Position numbers and translations under genes: made by a program
Assembly (NCBI GenBank): GCA_965261395.1
Contig: OZ253462.1
Span: 139,439-203,438 of the forward strand
DNA length: 64,000 bases
Origin: Candidatus Latescibacterota bacterium
GTDB lineage: Bacteria > Latescibacterota > UBA2968 > UBA8231
Direction: 5' to 3'
Shown: piece after piece, positions 45,088 through 54,364 of the stretch
Numbering within the stretch: the first letter of the stretch is position 1
How the letters are laid out: every line of letters starts with the position of its first letter
Notes under the pieces: model-generated
What the model was told of the DNA's origin: nothing
Seen by the model: only the letters and a program-made list of their open reading frames with translations
Databases searched by the model: none

Positions 45088-45779
45088 GGAGTCTACGCGC
45101 GGATTCGGGTCCCTTCACGGAGAAGCCATTCTTCACCGAGAGCGAGATCGAACGAATGTGCGAGTGTGCCCTCCGCGAAGCAGGATATTACCCTTCCGAA
45201 CCGTCGCGGGTGAACATCGACCGGTTTATCGAGAAGCACTTTGATGTTTCGCCACAGTTCGAGGATCTTCCGGAAGGAGTTCTCGGTTACTCTTGCTTCG
45301 GCGGCGATGGAATGATCAGCATGCACATTACGACGGCACTTACAAACGCGGGAACGCGAGTAGCCGAACGTCGCGTGAACACGACCCTAGCGCACGAGGC
45401 AGGTCACGGGCTGTTTCACTCATATCTCTTCAGCCTTGCTGAAGCCGGGTTAGAGCTTTTTGAGTCTGATCCCGATGTGACAAAGACTAGGATCCTCTGC
45501 CGCGATGAGAATACGCAACGGCAGAAGGTCAACGGGCGATGGTGGGAGACTCAGGCAAATATGGCGATCGGTCCCCTGCTGATGCCAAGATCACTTGTCG
45601 TGGAAGTGGTTAAGCCATTTCTTGTCTCTACAGGCCTCTTGGGAATCGGGGATGTGCCTGAAGATAAGCGCGAGAATGTGGTCGCGACGCTCTCCGACGT
45701 TTTCGACGTTAACCCTGTCGTGGCGCGTATTCGATTGGAGGGAATTTTCAAGCCCTCGGGGGGGCAGCTGTCGCTCTGA
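45084..45779 (+). CDS. ImmA/IrrE-family zinc metallopeptidase (CapP-like)
   Basis: 231 aa. The HEXXH motif is in TLAHEAGHGLFH (H104 codon 45393-45395). It shares a GTGA overlap with the XRE gene. Confidence 0.8.
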   Translation: MRSLRADSGPFTEKPFFTESEIERMCECALREAGYYPSEPSRVNIDRFIEKHFDVSPQFEDLPEGVLGYSCFGGDGMISMHITTALTNAGTRVAERRVNTTLAHEAGHGLFHSYLFSLAEAGLELFESDPDVTKTRILCRDENTQRQKVNGRWWETQANMAIGPLLMPRSLVVEVVKPFLVSTGLLGIGDVPEDKRENVVATLSDVFDVNPVVARIRLEGIFKPSGGQLSL

Positions 45780-45808
45780 TTTTTTTTGGATAAGATGTAA
45801 TCATTGTC

Positions 45809-45822
45809 AGCTTACATAAGCT
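45809..45822. promoter_or_regulatory. inverted repeat AGCTTA-ca-TAAGCT, candidate operator upstream of the Ubl operon
   Basis: agcttacataagct uses the same TAAGCT/AGCTTA half-sites as the palindrome at 44730-44739. Confidence 0.35.
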
Positions 45823-45883
45823 TCTATTGAACCTGAATTCCGGTCTCTATGGACGAGCCGGGATTGCGAGTAAAGGAGAAACA

Positions 45884-45952
45884 ATGGAAAAAATTTTGAC
45901 TTACCTTCGATATGGGAACCAACCGATGTCCATCAGAAAGGAAACCAACTGA
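45884..45952 (+). CDS. possible 22-codon leader ORF coupled to the Ubl gene
   Basis: AAAGGAG (45872-45878) is followed 5 nt later by the ATG at 45884. The peptide is MEKILTYLRYGNQPMSIRKETN. Stop TGA 45950-45952 overlaps the Ubl ATG 45952 (TGATG). Confidence 0.3.
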   Translation: MEKILTYLRYGNQPMSIRKETN

Positions 45953-46218
45953 TGTCCACCCCAAAGAAGATTTCAATCACCGTAGTCGTCAACGGCCAGC
46001 CAACTGTGGTCGATGCCAGCCAAGATGAACCCCTCGGTACGATTATTCCTGATGCGTTGCGTCAGACAGAGAACTCGGGCCAGCCACCAGAGAATTGGGA
46101 GCTCCGCGGTGCCGATGGGACGCTTCTTGACCTAGACAAGAAGATCGAGGACTACGGCTTCCCATCCAAGGTCCGCCTGTTCCTGAATCTCAAGGCGGGG
46201 GTTGGAGGCCATGGTTAA
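45952..46218 (+). CDS. ubiquitin-like beta-grasp protein (BilA-like), C-terminus ...GVGG-HG
   Basis: The 88-aa sequence is MSTPKKISITVVVNGQPTVVDASQDEPLGTIIPDALRQTENSGQPPENWELRGADGTLLDLDKKIEDYGFPSKVRLFLNLKAGVGGHG. The size, the alternating beta pattern, the Gly-Gly near the C-terminus and first position in an E2/JAB/E1 operon support the call. Confidence 0.7.
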   Translation: MSTPKKISITVVVNGQPTVVDASQDEPLGTIIPDALRQTENSGQPPENWELRGADGTLLDLDKKIEDYGFPSKVRLFLNLKAGVGGHG

Positions 46219-46816
46219 CGCGACCGAACAGCATGTAGACCCCGAGGTATCCCGTACCAAGTTCGATCGCGAGATTACCGAGTACCTTTCCCTTGAGGCT
46301 GACTACCGCGCCCGGGGCTGGTTTCTTGTGAAGGCGGACTGGCCTGTGGCAGTCGTTGTTCTGGCCTCGAATAAGACCAGCCCGCCGGCGATTGTGACCG
46401 CCGTCCAGTTCGACTATACGAACTATGACGCCGAGCCGCCCTCAGTTCGCATGACTGATCCGTTCTCCGGCCGATTTCTTCTAAGCAAGGAGCTCCCCAC
46501 CCGCCTCCTTCGCGCGATCCCCGGACCGGAGATGCCCCTACCGAACGGCACCAAGGTGCAGCAGGTATCGGTGCAGGAGCTGATGCAGGCTCACTCTCCG
46601 GAAGACCAACCCTTCCTCTGCGTAGCCGGGGTCAAGGAATATCACGACCACCCTGGCCATTCCGGTGACCAGTGGGAAATACACCGGTCCGCTGGCGAAG
46701 GTCGGATGGTTCGCCTGTTGGAGGTGATTTCCAAGTACGGCCTCGAACCGGTGCAGGGGTTCAACGTCAACCTCGTACCGCAAGTTACCTTCACTGTCTC
46801 GGAGCCTCCCCAGTGA
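46211..46816 (+). CDS. E2-like ubiquitin-conjugating enzyme homologue (BilB-like)
   Basis: About 201 aa from ATG 46211 (open from 46202). The candidate catalytic Cys is in QPFLCVAGVKEYHDHPGH (codon 46619-46621). Its position between the Ubl and JAB genes supports the call. The start overlaps the Ubl stop (ATGGTTAA). Confidence 0.6.
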   Translation: MVNATEQHVDPEVSRTKFDREITEYLSLEADYRARGWFLVKADWPVAVVVLASNKTSPPAIVTAVQFDYTNYDAEPPSVRMTDPFSGRFLLSKELPTRLLRAIPGPEMPLPNGTKVQQVSVQELMQAHSPEDQPFLCVAGVKEYHDHPGHSGDQWEIHRSAGEGRMVRLLEVISKYGLEPVQGFNVNLVPQVTFTVSEPPQ

Positions 46817-47304
46817 CCCTACGAGGCGTGCGGCGTTTTCGAATCCAGGCGAGTGCCATACGCGAAACCATGGAGGCGATTCGGTCTGCAGGACAGGATG
46901 GCTACGAGTTGTTCGTAGTATGGTCGGGTACGCGTGATGACGACATCTTCACCGTCGCCAAGGTGCATATCCCTAAACAAACCTCCTACAAACTCGATGC
47001 CGGACTCTGCGTACGAGTTGACGGTCCTGAGCTCCATCGCTTGAACATGTGGCTCTACGAGGCACAGCAGGCCATAGGAGTGCAGGTCCACGGTCATCCA
47101 GCCGATGCCTATCACTCGGAAACCGACGACACCTACCCGATCGCCACAATGCACGGAAGCCTATCCATCGTCCTTCCCTTCTTCGGCCACGACGGCTGGG
47201 AGTCAAGTGATATCGCGGCCTATCGTCTCGGGCAAGACGGATGGGTCGAACTAACCGGCCCCTTGAGTGACCTGATAGAGGTTGTTGACAATGGCGTTAG
47301 CTGA
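46813..47304 (+). CDS. JAB/MPN+ metalloisopeptidase (BilC-like)
   Basis: GTG 46813 overlaps the E2 stop (GTGA). 163 aa with the Glu in GYELFVVWSG and the motif HGHPADAYHSETD, which is HxH...SxxD (47089-47127). Confidence 0.8.
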   Translation: MTLRGVRRFRIQASAIRETMEAIRSAGQDGYELFVVWSGTRDDDIFTVAKVHIPKQTSYKLDAGLCVRVDGPELHRLNMWLYEAQQAIGVQVHGHPADAYHSETDDTYPIATMHGSLSIVLPFFGHDGWESSDIAAYRLGQDGWVELTGPLSDLIEVVDNGVS

Positions 47305-48796
47305 CTATTTCCCTCGCGACGCGGTCGCCATCTCGCAAGTGCTCCAGGGGTTTCAACGCGACGCCTTCATCGAAAAGCTCGAGGGTGTCCGAGTGGCAAT
47401 CGCCTTCGGCGAGGAGGCGGCTACCAGCCGCGACGGGCGCGAACTCCTTGATCTCTCTGTCAGGCTAGCGGCTCGCTTGTACCCGAGCCTGACGTTTGCC
47501 ACCGTTCCTGCCGGAGATCGGTTCGCCGATGAACTGATGGCGTTGGCCAGTAGCATCAACCCTAACATCGAAGCGTCTAAGACGGGTACTGCTAATGTTG
47601 GTCTCTCGATCGGCGGGGATGCACCGGCCCTAAACGCACCAACCGTATATGCTGGCTGCGATGGCTGGCTGGCCAAGGTGGGAACTGAGGGCCCATACAT
47701 GACCAGCGACCTAGGGAACCCCTTTGGAGCCGGCTTCGCCGCCTGCTTGGCGGCAGCCAACTTGTTTCGCTTCCTCTTCCTCCCCAACGGCACAACTTTG
47801 CTGGATACCGACATTAGTTTCCCTCCCGACGACGCCTCTTTCCCCAGTCTTGCGGCGTCCACACTGGCGGATCCCCTGGTGTTGGTCGGCGTTGGGGCGG
47901 TCGGCAACAGTGCCTCCTGGGCCCTATCGCGTACGCCGCTCACCGGCCAGATTTACCTAGTCGATCCACAAGTCGTCGAACTTAGCAATCTCCAGCGCTA
48001 CGTTCTTGGTGCACGGAGCGACGAAGGCGGCATCAAAGTTGATGTCGCTGCGAAGGAGTTTCGCGCCGCGCTACAGGCGCTTTCTCATCATGGAACATGG
48101 GCTTCCTTCCTCTGCGCCAATGGCTACAAGTGGGAACGCGTTCTAGTTGCCCTCGACTCCGCCCATGACAGGCGAGCCGTACAAGGGAGCCTGCCACGTT
48201 GGATCGCTAACGCATGGACCCAAATAGGCGATCTCGGCGTGTCCTCTCACTCTTTCTTGGGTCAAGACGCCTGTCTTGCCTGCCTTTACTTGCCAACCGA
48301 GAAATCCAAGAGCGAAGACCAGATCGTCGCTGAAGGCCTTAAGATCCCTCAATTCCAGGATCCGGTTCGCTTTCTGCTCGGAAGCGGGCAGGCGACCGGC
48401 AAGGAGCTCTGTGACGCGGTTGCTGCCGCTTGGGGCATCCCGGCCGAGACACTGGAGCCTTATATAGGTAGGTCGATACGTGAACTTTGGGTGGAGGGCA
48501 TCTGTGGCGGCGGTATCATTCCTCTCGGAGAAGCCGGACCTACTCCGGGAGACCGGCAAGTTCCGCTTGCTTTCCAATCGGCTCTTGCCGGTATGCTGCT
48601 GGCCGCGGAAACGGTACGCGACGTGTTGACCGACGGTGCTCAACGCAAGACCCTCATGCGCCGGCTTGATGTCTTGCGCCCCTTAGGCGATCCTTCACCC
48701 CAACCGGCGCTCAAGGCCGGAACGGGTAGCTGTATCTGTGAGGATCGCGATTTTATTACTACCTATCGAACAAAGTATGGAGCAGAAACTGGCTGA
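47291..48796 (+). CDS. E1-like ThiF-family adenylating enzyme (BilD-like)
   Basis: About 501 aa. An N-terminal degenerate domain precedes the active Rossmann domain, which has LVLVGVGAVGNSASWAL, VDPQVVELSNLQRYV, LDSAHDRR and DACLACLY. It overlaps the JAB gene by 14 nt. Confidence 0.8.
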   Translation: MALADYFPRDAVAISQVLQGFQRDAFIEKLEGVRVAIAFGEEAATSRDGRELLDLSVRLAARLYPSLTFATVPAGDRFADELMALASSINPNIEASKTGTANVGLSIGGDAPALNAPTVYAGCDGWLAKVGTEGPYMTSDLGNPFGAGFAACLAAANLFRFLFLPNGTTLLDTDISFPPDDASFPSLAASTLADPLVLVGVGAVGNSASWALSRTPLTGQIYLVDPQVVELSNLQRYVLGARSDEGGIKVDVAAKEFRAALQALSHHGTWASFLCANGYKWERVLVALDSAHDRRAVQGSLPRWIANAWTQIGDLGVSSHSFLGQDACLACLYLPTEKSKSEDQIVAEGLKIPQFQDPVRFLLGSGQATGKELCDAVAAAWGIPAETLEPYIGRSIRELWVEGICGGGIIPLGEAGPTPGDRQVPLAFQSALAGMLLAAETVRDVLTDGAQRKTLMRRLDVLRPLGDPSPQPALKAGTGSCICEDRDFITTYRTKYGAETG

Positions 48797-48812
48797 CTTT
48801 GATGGCTGATTG

Positions 48813-48838
48813 GAGCGGGTTAGCTGATCGACCCGCTC
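48813..48838. terminator. hairpin between convergent genes (possible bidirectional terminator)
   Basis: gagcgggt (48813-48820) pairs with acccgctc (48831-48838) around a 10-nt loop. There is no clear U-tract. Confidence 0.35.
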
Positions 48839-48851
48839 TAGGCATCGAGTC

Positions 48852-49184
48852 CTACGCCTCAACAAGCCAATCCTCACACGGTTTATACCCTTCATTCACC
48901 GCATCCTGATAGTAAGATGTGAGGCCAGAGACGGCCCTATTAAGGGCATGCGCAGGATCATCGGCGCACGGAAGGCTGGTCCGGTAGGCATCCACCTGCC
49001 TAGGCGTATGAATCACATGGCTGACCTCAAAGGTTGTCTTTTCGCTGCTCATAAATCTACAAAGTCTTATGGTGATGTGAGTCTTAAGATCTCCAAGCCG
49101 GATGACGAACCTTCCTAGGTCATCATCTCGTTCAAGTACGGTGATGAGATCCTGGTCCAAGACGTTATCAAAGGTGTAAGGCAT
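48852..49184 (-). CDS. hypothetical protein, convergent with the Ubl operon
   Basis: A 110-aa ORF with GAGGAGG 6 nt upstream of ATG 49184. No family recognised. Confidence 0.55.
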   Translation of the reverse strand: MPYTFDNVLDQDLITVLERDDDLGRFVIRLGDLKTHITIRLCRFMSSEKTTFEVSHVIHTPRQVDAYRTSLPCADDPAHALNRAVSGLTSYYQDAVNEGYKPCEDWLVEA

Positions 49185-49496
49185 CGAACTCCTCCTCTGT
49201 GAGTTGGTTTAACTTCTCTATGTGCCGGGCCAAGGGAGGAACGTCCGTGCTGACTTCGACCCCTCCCTTTGGATGGCCCGGCAACTCTTCTCAATCCTGC
49301 TTCGTTGGTGGCTAGGGGCCTACTACCGGCTTGAGTAAGGGCTTTGTTTTTGTGACGGTCACCGTTAGATCCTCAAAGGCGACTTCTTGGTTGCCACCAA
49401 CAAAGACACCTACACTCCCTCCATAAGCAGTAAAACCCCGCCAATACCGACTATTCCAAACATAGCGTCTGCACTGGCATCTTTTCCTAAATAGAA

Positions 49497-49770
49497 ATGT
49501 ATAGAAAAAATAAGGCACCGATATCGGTACTATGCAATTCGCTGAAAACGTACGCAAGGGGTCAGCAGGGTCCCTGATGAGTCGCTTGGTCGTCGCACCG
49601 AATCGTTCGGGAATGCTCAGAGCACCGTTGTAAAGGATTTCGGCGCGTTTCAGGGGTCAACCTAGTACTTCCCCCCGTCCTCCGTAGCAGCGCTACTGCG
49701 GAGGGTGGACGCCCGAACCTGCGCCATTACCCGAGCCAGATTCCCCTTGCTTGGAAACGAGAGAACGCCC
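49497..49770 (+). repeat. island repeat family, copy C (complete: 5', central and 3' modules)
   Basis: It contains all segments shared with copies A (41809-41999), B (44228-44404) and D (3' module). It ends 74 nt before the katG ATG. Confidence 0.8.
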
Positions 49771-49784
49771 TTTATTATTTCTAA

Positions 49785-51977
<2,193 letters not shown>

Positions 51978-52147
51978 TCTCAGCGGGGTGCTCGGTAACG
52001 GTGGTCTCCGGTGCATCTGAGGGCCGCCTTGTGACTCCGTCGATGATGCCCGCCGACGGAGTCGCAAGGTGGCAACCCAAGGCAAAACAACCGGATACGA
52101 CGCGAAATTCTTTGGCGGCCCCAAGGTCGCGCTCTTCGAGTCCCACT

Positions 52148-53236
52148 ATGGCCCATCGTCCTCGCATCCTCTTCCTCGCCCGCCGCTACCCGCCCACCAT
52201 CGGTGGCATCCAGACCCACTGTCACGCGCTCTATACCCGACTGGCCAACCAAGCCCAAGTCCGTCTCGTCGCGCTGGGCCGCCAATCGCTTCTGCATCTA
52301 ACTTGGTTCCTCCCCTATTGCTTCGCTGTCGCCTTTTGGGCCGTGCTCGGCCGCCGCGTCGATGCCGTGTACTTCGCCGACGGGGTCGCCGCGTCGTTGG
52401 CTCCACTCCTGCGTCCTTTGGGTCCGGCGCGATTCGTCACCACCGTCTATGGCCTCGAAATGACCTACAAAAATCCCCTCGCGCGCGCGCTGATGCACTG
52501 GGGAGTCCGCGCCTGCGACAAGGTCGTCGTCATCAGCGAACACAGCCGCCGCATTACCGCTGCCAGCGGCGTCCCCGAGGCCAAGTTGGAAATCGTCTAT
52601 CTAGGGGTTGAGCCGCTGGAGTTGGCACCAGACGAGTTGGCAGCCGTCCGAGCGCGCTTTGAGCAGGAACACGGGCTGCGCTTTGGCCAAGACCGCATCC
52701 TGTTGCTTTTCGGCCGCCAGGTTCCCCGCAAGGGCATGGTCGAATTTTTGGCAAAAGGTATGCCCCTGCTCGACGCGGATATTCGCCTCTTGATCTGCGG
52801 TCCGCCAGCAAGCGAGACCGCACGCTTGCAGGAGTGCTGTCAATCGGGCCTAAAGGACCGCGTCACCTTGCTCGGGCCAGTCCCCGACGATGTGCTGGCC
52901 ATGCTGCGCACCAGTTGCGATCTTTTCCTCATGCCCAACCTCCACCTACCCGGCGATGTCGAAGGCTTCGGCCAGACCCAACTCGAATGTATGTACGCTG
53001 GCACCCCGGCCGTGGCCTTTGCTGTCGATGCCCTGACCGAGAGCGTGCGCGAAGGCGGATTTCTCGTTGACCCGGAAGATTACCCGGCCTTCGTCGCGCA
53101 AATCCATCGCTTCCTCGCGCTCGGCCCGGCGGAGCGCGCCGATATCGGCCGCCAGTGCCGCGCCTACGTGCGACGCGAATACGCTCAGCAAAGAATCGCC
53201 GCCCAATACATGGATCTCTTTACTGGAAGGATCTAA
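52148..53236 (+). CDS. glycosyltransferase family 4
   Basis: The start is MAHRPRILFLARRYPPTIGGIQTH at 52148. The EX7E motif is EGFGQTQLECMYAG. The upstream part of ORF 51935..53236 overlaps katG. Confidence 0.8.
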   Translation: MAHRPRILFLARRYPPTIGGIQTHCHALYTRLANQAQVRLVALGRQSLLHLTWFLPYCFAVAFWAVLGRRVDAVYFADGVAASLAPLLRPLGPARFVTTVYGLEMTYKNPLARALMHWGVRACDKVVVISEHSRRITAASGVPEAKLEIVYLGVEPLELAPDELAAVRARFEQEHGLRFGQDRILLLFGRQVPRKGMVEFLAKGMPLLDADIRLLICGPPASETARLQECCQSGLKDRVTLLGPVPDDVLAMLRTSCDLFLMPNLHLPGDVEGFGQTQLECMYAGTPAVAFAVDALTESVREGGFLVDPEDYPAFVAQIHRFLALGPAERADIGRQCRAYVRREYAQQRIAAQYMDLFTGRI

Positions 53237-53241
53237 GCACC

Positions 53242-54291
53242 ATGCACTTTACCGAACTCGACACCCCCGCCCTCTGCGTCGATCTCGACGTGCTAGAAAA
53301 AAACATCCGCGACTTGCAAAACGCCTGCGATCAGCTCGAAATTGGCCTACGCGTCCACACCAAGACCCACAAGACGCCAGCCATTGCACGCCTGCAAATC
53401 GCCGCGGGGGCCATTGGCATCGTCAGCCAGAAGCTGGGCGAGGCCGAGGCCATGGCCGACGGCGGCATCCAAGACATCCTGATTCCCTACAACATCGTCG
53501 GCCAGCCCAAGCTAGCCCGCCTGACGCGCCTGATCCAAAGCGGCAAGAGCACCCTAACGCTCGCTGCCGACTCCGCGGCCACCGTTGACGGGCTATCGCA
53601 AGCAGCCACGGCCGCTGGTTGCCGCATCCGCGTGATCATCGAGATGGACAGCGGCGGGGGCCGCGTCGGCACCCAATCGCCCGCCGATACCCTCGCGCTG
53701 GCCCAACACATCGACCGGCTGCCGGGGCTGGACTTTACCGGCGTTATGACCTATCCCAGCAGCGAGCGCGCCCGCCCCTTCCTCGACGAAGTGCGCGACC
53801 TAACGCACAAAAGCGGCCTGCCCCTGCACATCATCAGCGGTGGCGGTACCGGCAGCGAAGCCATATCCAAATCCCTCGGCTGCACCGAGACCCGCATCGG
53901 CTCGTACGCCTATGAGGGCATGACCCGCGTGGGCAAGCGCGAAGACCTCGACCCCACCCGCTGCCCGCTGCGCTTGGTCGTCACCGTGGTCAGCACCTCT
54001 CGCCCGGGGCAAGCCATCGTCGATGCCGGCCAGAAGGCCTTCACCAGCTACCCGCCGACTCCTTATGGCTACTGCATCGAGCAGCCTGAGCTTTTTCTCA
54101 AAGGCATGTCCGTCGAGCACGGCCACGTCGATACCACCGCCGCAAATCGTCCAGTCAACGTAGGCGATATCCTCTCTTTCATCCCCCTGCACGGCGGGAT
54201 GACCACCAACCTCCACGACCGTCTCTTCGCCCTCCGCAACGGCGAGGTCGTCGAAGAATGGGCAGTCGCCGGGCGCGGGCGCGCCCAGTAG
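53242..54291 (+). CDS. PLP-dependent D-threonine aldolase / D-serine dehydratase-like (alanine-racemase N-domain) enzyme
   Basis: The start is MHFTELDTPALCVDLDVLEKNIRDL at 53242. The PLP lysine context is VHTKTHKT. 349 aa. Confidence 0.7.
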   Translation: MHFTELDTPALCVDLDVLEKNIRDLQNACDQLEIGLRVHTKTHKTPAIARLQIAAGAIGIVSQKLGEAEAMADGGIQDILIPYNIVGQPKLARLTRLIQSGKSTLTLAADSAATVDGLSQAATAAGCRIRVIIEMDSGGGRVGTQSPADTLALAQHIDRLPGLDFTGVMTYPSSERARPFLDEVRDLTHKSGLPLHIISGGGTGSEAISKSLGCTETRIGSYAYEGMTRVGKREDLDPTRCPLRLVVTVVSTSRPGQAIVDAGQKAFTSYPPTPYGYCIEQPELFLKGMSVEHGHVDTTAANRPVNVGDILSFIPLHGGMTTNLHDRLFALRNGEVVEEWAVAGRGRAQ

Positions 54292-54364
54292 GGGCAACCC
54301 GCGTGGTTGCCCTCCGCCGACTTAGAAGCCGACATATACCCCTTTTCCCCACCGGAAGGACGCC

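Noticed and set aside
49574-49581. CUGAUGAG inside the island repeat (also at about 41885 and 44290), suggestive of a hammerhead ribozyme core
   Set aside because: There is no complementary stem II after the box, no properly placed GAAA, and no cleavage-site helix. Copies A and B read CTGATGAA. I judged it coincidental.
37730-49770. Interpretation of the same-orientation repeats as integron attC sites separating cassettes
   Set aside because: There is no intI or attI in the window. The repeats are 180-280 nt, which is long for attC. I could not find RYYYAAC/GTTRRRY core sites at their borders. The cassettes are multi-gene and of mixed orientation.
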